Assembly (NCBI GenBank): GCA_051362555.1
Contig: CM120647.1
Span: 16,778,651 to 16,842,650, forward strand
Direction of reading: 5' to 3'
DNA: 64,000 bases
DNA from: Lingula anatina
Taxonomy: Eukaryota > Animalia > Brachiopoda
Shown here: positions 1 through 11,518 of the stretch, in pieces
Layout: every line of letters begins with the position of its first letter
How positions within the stretch are numbered: the stretch's first letter is position 1
Program-made: the position numbers and the translations under genes
Notes under the pieces: generated by a model
Told to the model about the DNA's origin: nothing
What the model saw: the letters and a program-made list of their open reading frames with translations, nothing else
Database searches by the model: none

Positions 1-693
1 TTTCATTTAATTATATAATTTTATCATTTATGTTTTAATGTAATTTGCGAGAAATTTGAAGAAGGAAAAATCATATATGAGGCGTGTATGTATGTAGTTT
101 TTTTTGATCGACTTTGTCACTGAATATTAAAAAAGGGGTGGGGGTGGGCCTGAAAATACACATACTTTACAATTTAGGTTCCTTACAAAATGTATAGATA
201 CGGTAAAAATTTAATGTAGATGTAAAATTGAGACAGCCGTAGTTTTTTAGTTCTATTCACCTATACATGTATGTTTTAAAAACGTATACAACTTCGGATT
301 AATTCAATTTTCCTTTTCGAACATGTTCGAGCTAATTCGAGCATGTGAAATACTCCTCTATATTGGGTTTGGATGTTATGTCAGATTAGTGCTGCTACGA
401 CCGAGCAAATACCAGCAAATACCAGTAAATATTGATTAGAGATATTGTGTGAAGCAGTGCTGTCTCATATGCGTAGCAATCCATCATGTCTTGGTCATAT
501 TTAAGTCAACAGAGGTGTTATGTCGGACATGACAAAGTATCAAGCAACAAATCCTAGTCCCAAAAGAGGTGCCACCGGACATTTTTCCATGTACTCAGGT
601 TATAGGCTATATGCTTACTTGCATTCTGTCTTCCTTTTATTTCAAGGTTACAAAGATTAGCTGAAACGGAACAAAACCAACTGAATCATAAGG

Positions 694-3573
694 ATGCGGT
701 GTCAGTGGGTTCTCCTGATTGTGGTAGGTGTTCTGTGGATTGTGATCAACGGGGTGATAGGTGTGAAGAAAAAGGTATTAGATAAAGGTAAGCCTACTCT
801 ACCCATTGCGAATAATAGCAATAACAACAACAAAAACAAAAATAATAATGACGATGATGATAATGCCACCCCCTCCCTCTCTCCCCTATCGCCATGCAGT
901 GGTGTAATATACAACATTGGTCAAAAAGGTTGTCTCACCCCCATTTCCATGTACTTTTATTTACAAATGATCACCTCACAGATGTAATTTGTTATAAACG
1001 GTGCCTTTTATTCCAGATACCATTTCTAACACGATTAATGGTTTAAACAAATACAAAACAGTGGTGAAAATATGTACATTTATACCATTTAGTCAAATTT
1101 ATAACAGGTACCCCCTCAAATCCAATGTTTCACTGTGATTTCTACAGATGTAAAGAAATGTCTATTAAATTGAAAAGACGCCACCAAATGTCACCAAATT
1201 TACACACAATTAGCATTAGGGTGTACTCATTAAAGGTCACGTGCCTAATAGCGAGTGCGACTACCGTGTACTGCAATTATCTCCTGTAGATAAGCGCGAC
1301 AAGCCTTCAACACGGGTAACCATTCTGTTTGGTGGGATATTGTCCCATTCATATTAAAAAGCGAGACGGAATTGGTCCAGATTAGTTGGGAAATGGTTCT
1401 CCTCTGCAATGATCATTCCAATTAATGCCACAGGTGCTCAATAGGATAAATATTAGGACTCAAAGACTGTTGTTCCATCCTCAGAGCCTTGTGTTTCTGC
1501 AACAAATCGCTTGCCAGACGAGAACTTTGAGCTTGTGCGTTGTCACAATGAAGCCTGCAGCATCCCTGAAGTCATCTCTTGAAAATGTAGTTAGCTATCT
1601 GTTGAGAATGTTACAGTAAAATGCCCAAGTTACGTTTTGTTCCAAAAGGAACAATGTACTAATACCATGGGTTTGGAATGTTCTCCAAATGCGGACTGAT
1701 CTAACACCTCAGGCAATATTATCCTGCACAAACCCTACCAAGAGACATTTTTCAACATGTCTGTGGACCCTCATTTGACCATCAATGGGATACAAGAAAT
1801 AACTTGATTCTGCATCAAAACTGACTTCCTTCCAGTGATGGATTTCTACGTTCAGATGCTTGTGGGATCAATGAACGTAGCATTCTTAGCTGATATCTCA
1901 CTCCATCTTCAAGAACTCAAGGCTTCATCATGACGGCAAACTTGCTCACACTTCTCGCCTGGCAAGTGATTTGTTGTAGAAACACAATGCTTTAAGGATG
2001 TACCCACCATCTTTGGTCCCTGATATTAACCTTACTAATCAACTGTGACATTAATTAGAGTGGGAATTGCAGAGGAGACCCAATTCCATAAAAGCGTGGA
2101 CCATCTCCCCCAAGTTGTTTAAGAAGAATGGGACAATATCCCACAAAACAGAACTGTTACCCGTGCTGAAGGCTTGTCGCGCCATCTACAGGAGATAATT
2201 GCAGTACGTGGTACATGTAGCCGCACTCGCTATTATGCACGTGACTTTTAACGAGCACACCCTAATGCTAATTGTGTGTAAATTTGGTGACATTTGATGG
2301 CCTCTTTTTAATTTAATAGACATTTATTTACATCTGTTGAAATCACAGTGAAATATTGGATTTGAAGGGGTACCTGTTATAAATTTTACTTAGTGGTATA
2401 AAATTTGTATACTTTCACCACTATTTTAAATTTTTTGAACCCTTAATCGCGTTAGACACGGTATCTGGAATACAAAGCACTTTTTCGAACAATTTACAGC
2501 TGTAAATTGATCAGTTGTAAATAAAAGTACATGGAAATGGGGGTGGGACAACCTTTTTGACCAATGTTGTACTGTATATACACTTTCCCCCATTTGGTGA
2601 TCTGCAAATAAGCCGGTACATACGAGATACTTTTTGTTTCTCTAATACCAATGTATAGCTATTGTGTACACGCAACTTAGGCAAATCTAATAATCTGTTT
2701 AGAGGTAACAGTTGGCACATATACGTCATGTAAAATAAGGTACCCATGTGGATTTTTTCAGACTTGCAGAGAGAGACAAAGCCTAAAGGACCTGTTGCAA
2801 GGGGTAAACTTATTGAAATCAACAACTTTACAATTGTCACAGGCGCTAATCACAAGTATTTTTCCCCGGCTCTCGTTAACCACGTGGGGTCATTCTGTTT
2901 CTGGGAACCAACTCTCAAAATCGTGGTGTGGGACCTCGGTTTGACCGCCAAAGAGGCGGAGACTGTGAAAAGCTGGTCCAGCGTGACGTATAGGAGGTTC
3001 CCCTTTGAAAGGTACCCCCCTCACTTTCGCAACCTGCACACGTACGCCTTCAAACCGGTCATTATTAAACAAATGGTCGATGAACTCGGGGCAGTGCTTT
3101 GGGTGGACGCCGGTAGCCACATTAGTGGAAGAATGAAAGAAATAATAATTTCTCTTTTTCAAAAAGATGGTTATGTTTATTCCGGCTTACGTGGAAATGG
3201 TGCGGTGACAAAAGTAGCTCATCCTGGAATGTTCACATATTTCAACATCACAATAGGACCCTACGTTGGAAAGGGGTCTATCAGTGGGAATTTAAACGGC
3301 TGGCTTAGACAAGGGGATATCTATGAGGAAATACTGGTTCCATGGGCAAATTGTGCGTTACACGAAAATTGTATCTCTCCAGTTGGATCCAGTTTGGGAA
3401 ACAATAGATACGATCAAACAGCCCTTTCGTTGTTGGGATACAGTTACATGTTTAGACATAACAAAACCTTACATCTTCGTACATATTTATTAGATATTGT
3501 TAATCCACCTAGAGGACACAATCGAGCCTATATAAATTATGCACAGGGATGTAATATTTCGTGGATAACGTAA
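694..3573 (+). CDS. DUF1647-like (putative GT-A glycosyltransferase-like) membrane/secreted protein, copy 1, type A; exons 694-787 + 2762-3573, ~301 aa
   Basis: Exon 1 encodes hydrophobic MRCQWVLLIVVGVLWIVINGVIG and ends AAAG|gtaagc (phase 1). Acceptor ttttttcag|AC at 2761/2762 is in matching phase. Exon 2 has motifs IVTGA, VVWDLGL, FPFERYP..NL..YAFKPVII, LWVDAG, W..CAL...CISP.GS, RYDQ.AL, typical of DUF1647 proteins. Confidence 0.85.
910..2574. mobile_element. Palindromic (fold-back) Tc1/mariner derivative in the intron of copy 1
   Basis: Arms ~910-1560 and ~1920-2574 are diverged reverse complements (tacaacattggtcaaaaaggttgt... / ...acaacctttttgaccaatgttgtactg). Each arm translates to a decayed Tc1 transposase C-terminus (DNAQAQSSR..SPNIYPIEHLW; EEWDNIPQ..EIIAVRG..RTRY). 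It sits at a TA run that is empty in copies 2 and 5. Confidence 0.8.
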
Positions 3574-3771
3574 CTGGATCAACATGATCATTCTAGTGGG
3601 GAAAATATTGGAAACATTTTATATGATGTAATCTTGGTGAGATGAGTTTTAAAGCAATTCTTTAAGATGGATACACTCCCAGAGGTTCAATATTACAAAT
3701 GTATTGGCTTTTTACAATACTTGCTTTCCTACGCTAGACACTTATCAAGGGCCGATTTTCAATTTAAATAT

Positions 3772-5072
3772 ATATATGGGACAAAAGTATTGCACAATTT
3801 TTCTTCAAGGGGAACAACAGATGTATATATATTTTTTCAATTGCTATTTTATTGAAAACTGATTGCGTCAAGAGTATCTTTATCTTAAGTGTACAGAACA
3901 GTGCATTGCCCTTACATAGCACATGCTATTATATCAGAATTGATATTTTGTAGGATAGCCACGTGACCTCAATATGACCACCATCCTTCTAGGCATAGAC
4001 TGATAAAGGTTCATTAATCTTCTGGGGGCTATGTTGGCCCAGGCCCTGAAGACACTTTGGATTAGGGCGTTTCTGGTAAATCCTTTGCCATTTGATTTCT
4101 AATATCTTGCCATATGTTTTCAATAGGGCTTGCGTCTGGCGGTTAGGCAGGCCATTTCACCCTGTTGAAACCAAGCTGGTAAAGCCTCTCTTGCACTGCC
4201 CTTGCCCTGTGTGGTGTAGCGTTATCATCTTGAATTATTAGCGGACGGTTCCTGTCCCTAAAGATATTTTCTACCAATGCTAAAAGGTGCTGGTCGAGAA
4301 TTTCAATGTATCGCTGGTCATTCAAGTTTCCATTTATCAACACAAGCTCATTAATACCGTAGAAACCAGTGCACTCAAACCATTATTGAAGTGGATTGTC
4401 TAGCGAGGAAATGCATATTCTCTGACAGATGACAAGTTGGTAATGCTATCCAAACCCTCACTTGCCCAGCCACGTTGTGAACTGTGACCAGTCAGAAAAA
4501 TCAAAATGGCGCCAATTCTGACCCACTGTCCAGGCAATGGTTCTTGTAGCCCATGACACTCTTCTGCGTCTGTTAACCAAGGTGATTAGTGGCTTCCTCT
4601 CGGCAACCCTGCTGTGCATACCTGTAACATTGAGCCATTGTACAGTTCTTTTGCTAACATCAACCTGCAAAGTGCGCGACCACTGCAAAGCTTATATCCT
4701 GCACGGCTCAAACCTCCTAAGCATTGACAGCATAAAAAGGCACCTGTCGTCTCTGGTTGTAGTCTTCCTTAGGCGGCCACTTGGTGTAACTTATGGGCAT
4801 CACCAGTTTTCTCCATCCTTCTGCAAACCCTATACACAGTCTGACGAGATACACCATATCTGTCAGTATCTGGGTAACACTGATGCCCTCCTCCCTCAGA
4901 GAAACAATGTCATTTCTTTCTCCATTTGTGAGCTCCCGTCCCTTCACCATGATGGAAACATGACAGCTATGACTTACCTTCAGGGGCACCCTTTATAGTA
5001 TAGCTCATCACTGGTAAATCGAGAAATAAACTGAAAAAACGTTGAACTGACGCCCCCCCCCCCGTGTCACAT
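3772..5072 (-). mobile_element. Degenerate Tc1-family (DD34E) transposon
   Basis: Frameshifted - strand pieces: MVKGRELTNGERNDIVSLREEG (HTH), VSKRTV..RKPLIT..RRRRVSWA..W..FSD, and QDDNATPHRAR...WPA*PPDASPIE with 34 residues between D and E. A TIR-like end (tatatgggacaaaagtattgcac) lies near 3772. The other end is lost at a deletion junction. Confidence 0.85.
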
Positions 5073-5272
5073 AGAGCTTTATATCACTATAAGAAAGTTA
5101 TCCAGAACTATATTTCTATAATTAAAGATACACCAAAAAATCTTTAGTTGATAGAATGCATAAATCTTTTGCTGACTCTTTACAATTCTTAAGAGACCGG
5201 CTTGTTTATGTTTAAAAACTCCCTGAGAGAGCTTTGTACATCAGTGAAAAAGTACTATATTATATTTTATGA

Positions 5273-5574
5273 GGAAAACAGTCGATCAAGGGGGTTTAAA
5301 CGGCTGGCTTAGACAAGGGGATATCTATGAGGAAATGCTGGTTCCATTGGTAAATTGTGCTTTACACGAAAATTGTATCTCTCCCGTTGGATCCAGTTTT
5401 CAAAACCATCGATACGATCAAGCATCCCTTTCGTTTTTGGGATACAGTTACATGTTTAGACATAACAAAACCTTACATTTTCATTTTCATACATATTTAT
5501 TGGACATAGTTTTGGAATCGAGAGGAAGGAATCACACCTATATCAGTTAGGCTCACGGATGTTATCTTACGTGA
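5273..5574 (+). pseudogene. 3' fragment of a type-B DUF1647-like exon 2
   Basis: Translates GGLNGWLRQGDIYEEMLVP..CALHENCISPVGSS.QNHRYDQ. It is fused directly to array upstream sequence (aaagtactatattatatt), with exon 1 and the 5' half of exon 2 deleted. There is a premature TAG at 5548-5550. Confidence 0.85.
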
Positions 5575-6128
5575 AAGATTTAAGTTTGGCAACAAATAAT
5601 TTTTCCAGTGAAAAGAAAAAATTCTGTATTTTCCTATTTGTTTTTTCCTTTATGTTTTATTAATTACGGATTTTTTCCTTCAATCGAAGTTTTTGTTTGC
5701 TTCATTTCATTTGATTGACACAATTCTGTTAAGGGCAAGTGTCAGGGCTATGTCACTCCTATATCATCGGGTGTGCCACTGAAACAAAAATTCCTATGGG
5801 GTCACAGTGACCATGTGTAAAGTTAAATCAGTTACATCAAATGGAGTAGGGGATGGCGTGACTCCATTGGAGTCAACTTGACTGCAATTGGGAGTTTTTT
5901 TAATAACATTTTTATAACATTAGATAACATAACTGGGTCAACATAATCATTCTTGTGGGAACATAAAAAATGATAATTCTATATGACATAATCTTGGTGA
6001 TATCAATTTTTAAGCAATTCTTTAAGGCGGATACACGTGCAGAAGTTCCATTTTGCAAATGTATCGCCTTTATATTATCTTTGGTATGCTACGCTACACA
6101 TTTATTCAGGGCCGATTTTCAATATTCA

Positions 6129-6185
6129 TTAATATAATATAATATAATATAATATAATATAATATAATATAATATAATATAATAA
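6129..6185. repeat. (TAATA)n microsatellite; homologous runs at ~19929-19993 and ~31161-31239
   Basis: Direct reading of the sequence. The run lies at the same position downstream of the gene in three array units. Confidence 0.9.
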
Positions 6186-7691
6186 TTGGAATGATTTTCT
6201 GATGATGTTATGGGTTATATGTAAAGCCAATGCAGGGATGTTGTTTTTAAGAACGTTGATAATTTTTGTTGTATCTGCATTAAATTCCTTCTTTCACTAT
6301 ATATGGCCTGCTATTGCGCAAATCACCCAAATCAGCACAGCTTGTACGAGCTTTGACACAAAGGAATGATCTTTTTCAAATCTCCTGGGTAAGGCGGGGC
6401 TACATATAGTGACACTGGCATTTATTTGACGAAAATGATTGTATCGTCTATTTTGAAAAATTGAATCATCTATTTTTTCACTTACTGGTTGAATAAAGTA
6501 AGTTGCCTTCATGTACAACTATCTATGTGAAACTGCTATTTGGGGATTAAACACAGTGTACTGCTATGTGGTTGATATTTGTACGTTATAAGAATCTCAT
6601 TATGTGGCGCATATTTTCTGGCACTAGATAATATTGTTTTTTTAAACGTTTTTATCTAAAAAACAAAAAGATGAATCGAGGCACCGACCTGAATTTGCTG
6701 GTCCCTGTGAAGTCAAAAAAAGTGTTTTCATTTGTTCTCTGCTACTGATGGTTCGAAGGAAGCCAAAATAAAAGATTGAAAAAGAAAAAGAACACAGATG
6801 TAATCAACTGCTGTGATGACCACGTGTAGAGTCAGCGAAATAAAAATCTACAAGACACACGCACGGAAAAAAGAAGTGGCAAAAGTACAGGTCAGCGATC
6901 ATTTTGCAAAAGAAAAAAGTTTTCATGTACAGTGTTAACGAAAGGTGTATCATACCATTACTAAGGAAATGATTTTGATATGAAAACCGATAGTGCAAGA
7001 ATGCATTTTACAGGAGGTTATACAGTGTTCCTCAGGAGGATTCTAAAGCTCCAATCGTAAAATATATATAAACAAAACTACAGCAGTTTCACATGATCAA
7101 GATTACCACCAATGATGAAATTTGAAATATTGATCATGACTAATATGCCACGCCTGCAAACACTTCTTGAAGGATCTTTTTTTACTAAACGGCTTCACCA
7201 GTCGTGTACTTTGAATATTTGTTATGCACGCCTAGATTTGAAAAAAAAATGGTTACGTTTCAATAAAGAAAGATCAACTGTGAATTTCGTTTTGAGTTTT
7301 GTTTTGTTTTTAATGTGATAATAACTTGTTACCTTACACACATCTCAAAAAGTTTGTTCTTATAACATTTTAGTTTTAATCTAAGGCGCTATGGGCGATA
7401 GCAACATGTACAAGAAATTATATCTTTATTGAATTTTAATGAAAACTTTTTGATTCGAAACAATGTAAAAGTTGGTGACATTTTTATCCACAATAAATCT
7501 AGGGTAGGATGGAGGCCACCTTCTCGGTCTAACGTAATGTTCTCTTTTGACAGCACAGTAGGTTTTTTCAATCACCAACGTACTAGTATTATCCGTCTCA
7601 CATTTGACCGATTATTGCCAGATTCCCTAGTTGATTACCTCACGTTTTATGTCAAATAAGGGGCGAAGAGTCATGGTAGCCAATCACGTGC

Positions 7692-7861
7692 TCACACGTC
7701 ATTAGTCCCCCAAAAGTAGGTGGAGCGAAGGTAATGCATGTAGAAAACCCTGCAGTTCTTTACTCTAAAGACAGTGCATTTCTACATGCACCAGTTGCCC
7801 CTGTATGGACTGCACTCATGTATATACCGAGGTTCAGGTGCCGCAGGATTATCCTTTAGTA
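7692..7861 (-). pseudogene. Decayed copy of the terminal exon of the D8C/D10C gene
   Basis: Aligns to 40168-40395 (tcacacgtca...aaaagtaggtggagcgaaggtaat...cagttgcccctgtatg...caggtgccgca...tatcctt) with internal deletions. It is followed by the same intronic (TG)n(AG)n microsatellite. Confidence 0.8.
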
Positions 7862-7885
7862 CTAGGGAAGATATAGAAAATGTTG

Positions 7886-7916
<31 letters not shown>

Positions 7917-7938
7917 CTTTCTCACAACTCTCTCGTTT

Positions 7939-7940
<2 letters not shown>

Positions 7941-8019
<79 letters not shown>

Positions 8020-8037
8020 AAAAAGAGAGAGAGAGAA
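7941..8037. repeat. (TG)n(AG)n compound microsatellite; homologues at ~12148-12207, 21750-21817, 32593-32700, 40431-40502, 57252-57342
   Basis: Direct reading of the sequence. Confidence 0.9.
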
Positions 8038-9407
8038 AGAGTTCTACTTTTCTTTTTATTTCCAGGTAGAAAAGATTAACCTAAAAAGAACAAAAACAAT
8101 TTAAGCGTTAGAATTTGCTTAATAAACCAATATACAGTCTCTTTACAACATGATCTCACCTGGGATTGGGCTTGTGAAAGATGTCACAACCTTTATATCC
8201 ATACTCATTCCCTTATATTCCACTTCAGTCAAATAACTATTTACATAAAATATTAAAATTATTACCAAAGCACACATAGTGGTTGCAAAACGTAACGACA
8301 ACCTGATCCCCGCACCTTTCGAATGGAACATGCTCTATATGTCTACTTCATCTTACTTGAATATTTAAATGTATGAATGGCTTTTCATGATGTAAATCCG
8401 ATAAGACAGATGCCAAAGGAAGATCTAGAAGGGTGTGTTTTGGGGGTACCAATCATACAACCCGCATACTATTTTATGCACGTCTGATGTGTCCTTTGTA
8501 TTAAGATAATAAAACATACATGAATATATAGACTGGTTTCACAGTAAGACTTAAGTAAAAGTAAACGGGTCTTCTCAACACTGCCATGTATAACGAACTT
8601 GTATATGAAATTACATCTTAAGAGAAAAGAACAAGTTAAGCTAGGTTACAAAATCTAGGCAATGGCATATGACATTTTAAACTAGCTGTACCTAAACGCG
8701 ACCCGATGATTCCAAGACTTGATCTCTCAGACTTGACAACATTGCACTGCACAGAGAAAAGCAGAGAACAGAAAACACAGAGACAAGCAAAACACTCCGC
8801 AGTAGGTTATTATGTCGACCGGCCATAGTTTCATTGATCACAAACCGTTTCCACATATTCTGAAGTCCCCAACCTCGCAACTCCGTCTTCTTCATTCTCT
8901 AATGTAAATTTCTATAAAGTCCTCTTAGGAATAGATTAGTAGGTATTTGTCAAGCTATTTTGTGGAACACACAGTGTTGTTAATCGCTCGTAATTACCAA
9001 GTAGATGGTTAATTATTTTTAATTAAGAGGTACACACAAGGGGGGGGGGGGGGTTTCCAGGTGTCGTGAACGATATTAAACCTGATTGCATTATGAAATA
9101 CTGAAGACCTGCCGGACTGCACTCTAAGACTGGGTCCTTGCACAAATCGTGATTCATCTTTAAGTATGAGCTTTATATTAATATAAGCAAGTAATCCAGA
9201 ACTATATATAATTAAAGATATGCCAAAAGATCTTTAGTTGATAGAATGCATTAATATTTTGCTGACTCTTTAGTATTCTTAAGAGTCCGGCTTGTTTATG
9301 TTAAAAAAAAAAGAGATGTCTTTTCATATCAATGAAAAAGTGCTATATTATATTTCATTCAAAAGATTACCTTTCTTGGCACAGAAACAGTGTCGTTTTT
9401 GCAGGAC

Positions 9408-9502
9408 TGCGCATGCCCCAAGATCCAATCTTACCCGCATCATATTTAAAATCAAACAACAATCACAAACGTACTCGTAATTATTGCAATATCAAGGTAA
9501 GA
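9408..9502 (+). promoter_or_regulatory. Candidate core promoter and non-coding first exon of DUF1647 copy 2
   Basis: TGCGCATGC (NRF1-like half site), TATA-like catatttaaaa and a donor aag|gtaaga (9496/9497) recur in six units (~13664, 23341, 27871, 34493, 59094). A matching acceptor, ttttatttcaag|g, lies ~45-50 nt before each gene's ATG. This is inference without transcript data. Confidence 0.45.
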
Positions 9503-10249
9503 GTGCAATATCTTTCTAGTTTATCATTATCTTTAACATGTTTTTTCGTAGCCATATGCACACTGCCGTTCTGGAGGTAATTACATGGTGCAATGTTTTT
9601 TTCTGTTTTCATTTAATTATATAATTTTATCATTTATGTTTTAATGTAATTTGCGAGAAATTTGAAGAAGGAATAATCATATATGAGGCGTGCATGTATG
9701 TAGTTTTTTTGATAGACTTTGTTTGTCACTGAATATTAAAAAAACAGGCTGAAGGTTCCTTACAAAATGTATAGACATGGTAAAATTTAATGTAGATGTA
9801 AAATTGAGACAGCCATAGATTTATGTTCTATACACATATACATGTCTGTTTTAAAAATGAATACAACTTTGAATTCAATTTTCCTTTTTCGAGTATGTTT
9901 GATCTAATTCGAGCATGTGAAATGCACCTCTATATTGCTTTTGGGTGTTATGTTAGAATAGTTACGCTACGATCGACCAAATACCAGCAAATAGTTTGAA
10001 ATAGGAGAATTGGATTGTGATTAGAGATACTGTGTGATGCAGTGGTGTCTTATATGCGATGTCTTGGACATTTTTAAGTCAACACAGACATTATGTCGGA
10101 CATGATAAGGCATCAAAGAACAAATCATAGCACCAAAAGCGACACCATCAGACATGTTTTCCGCTCATGCTTACCAGTGTTAACCTCCCTTTTATTTCAA
10201 GGTTACAAAGGTTAGCTGAAAATAGAACAAAAGCAACTGATTCATGAGA

Positions 10250-10448
10250 ATGCGTTGTCCGTGGGTTCTCCTGATTGTGGTAGGTGTTCTGTGGATTGTG
10301 ATCAACGTGTTGATAGGTGTGAAGAAAAAAGTATTAGATAAAGGTATGCCTACTCTACCCATTGTGAATAATAGCAATAACAACAACAACAACAACAAGA
10401 ATTATGATGACAATGCCACCCCTCCCTTATCACCAGTGGTGTTTTATG

Positions 10449-10533
<85 letters not shown>

Positions 10534-11518
10534 CTTTTCCCCATTTGGAGATCAGAAAATTAGCCAGTACATACGAGATACTTTTTTGTTTCTCTAATGC
10601 CAATGTCTACCTATTGTGTACACGTAACTTAAGCAAATCTAATAATCTGTTTAAAGGAAACAGTTGGCACATATTCGTCATGTAAAATAAGGTTACCATA
10701 TGGCTTTTTCAGACTTGCAGACAGAGACAAAGCCTAAAGGACCTGTTGCAAGGGGTAAATTTATTGAAATCAACAACTTTACAATCGTCACAGGCGCGGA
10801 TCACAAGTATTTTTCCCCGGCTCTCGTTAACCACGTCGGGTCATTCTGTTTCTGGGAACCAACTCTCAAAATCGTGGTGTGGGACCTCGGTTTGACCGCC
10901 AAAGAGGCGGAGACTGTGAAAGGCTGGTCCAGCGTGACGTATAGGAGGTTCCCCTTTGAAAGGTACGCCCCTCACTTTCGCAACCTGAAAAAGTACGCCT
11001 TCAAACCGGTCATTATTAAACAAATGGTCGATGAACTCGGGGCAGTGCTTTGGGTGGACGCCGGCAGCCACATTAGTGGAAGAATGAAAGAAATAATGAC
11101 TTCTGTCTTTCAAAGCGATGGTTATGTTTATGCCAGCGCGTGGGGGGCGAATGGCCAGGTGACAAAATGGACACATCCCGGAATTTTTGCATATTTCAAT
11201 ATTACCAAAGAACCCTATGTTGGAAAACAGACGATCGTGGGGGGTTTAAACGGCTGGTTTAGACAAGGGGATATCTATGAGGAAATACTGGTTCCATGGG
11301 GAAATTGTGCGTTACACGAAAATTGTATCTCTCCCGTTGGATCCAGTTTGCAAAACCATAGATACGACCAAGCAGCCCTTTCGTTGTTGGTATACAGTTA
11401 CATGTTTAGACATAACAAAACCTTACGTCTTCGTACATATCTATTGGACAAAGTTTTGGAATCGAGAGGAGGGAATCGCACCTATATCTATTATGCACAC
11501 GGATGTTATCTTACGTGA
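10250..11518 (+). CDS. DUF1647-like protein, copy 2, type B; exons 10250-10343 + 10713-11518, ~299 aa
   Basis: Donor AAAG|gtatgc and acceptor tttttcag|AC, phase 1. Open frame with all family motifs. An in-frame upstream ATG at 10244 is also possible. Confidence 0.85.
10452..10530. repeat. (TA)n microsatellite in the copy 2 intron, at the site occupied by the Tc1 fold-back in type-A copies
   Basis: Direct reading. Flanks cagtggtgt... / ...ttccccatttgg match the flanks of the insertion in copy 1. Confidence 0.9.

Noticed and set aside
694-987. 97-aa ORF with poly-N/D tract read as a small single-exon protein
   Set aside because: It reads through the conserved phase-1 donor at 787/788 into an intronic (AAC/AAT/GAT)n tract and a transposon end. 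The downstream part is not conserved among copies.
2890-3162. Recurrent - strand ORFs of 90-111 aa ending ...ESWFPETE (also at 10841, 18705, 25943, 29947, 37586, 62146)
   Set aside because: They are antisense shadows of DUF1647 exon 2. They recur only because the + strand gene is duplicated.
1-5900. Near-identity of 1-5.9 kb with ~34.7-39.7 kb and ~59.3-64 kb as a pure assembly artefact
   Set aside because: The three blocks differ by many substitutions and private indels (for example the Tc1 internal deletion at ~38520), which fits real duplications. Read-depth confirmation is still advisable.
7678-7705. CCAAT/CACGTG/ACGTCA cluster as a repeated promoter
   Set aside because: It corresponds to the stop codon and 3' flank of the decayed D10C exon on the - strand.
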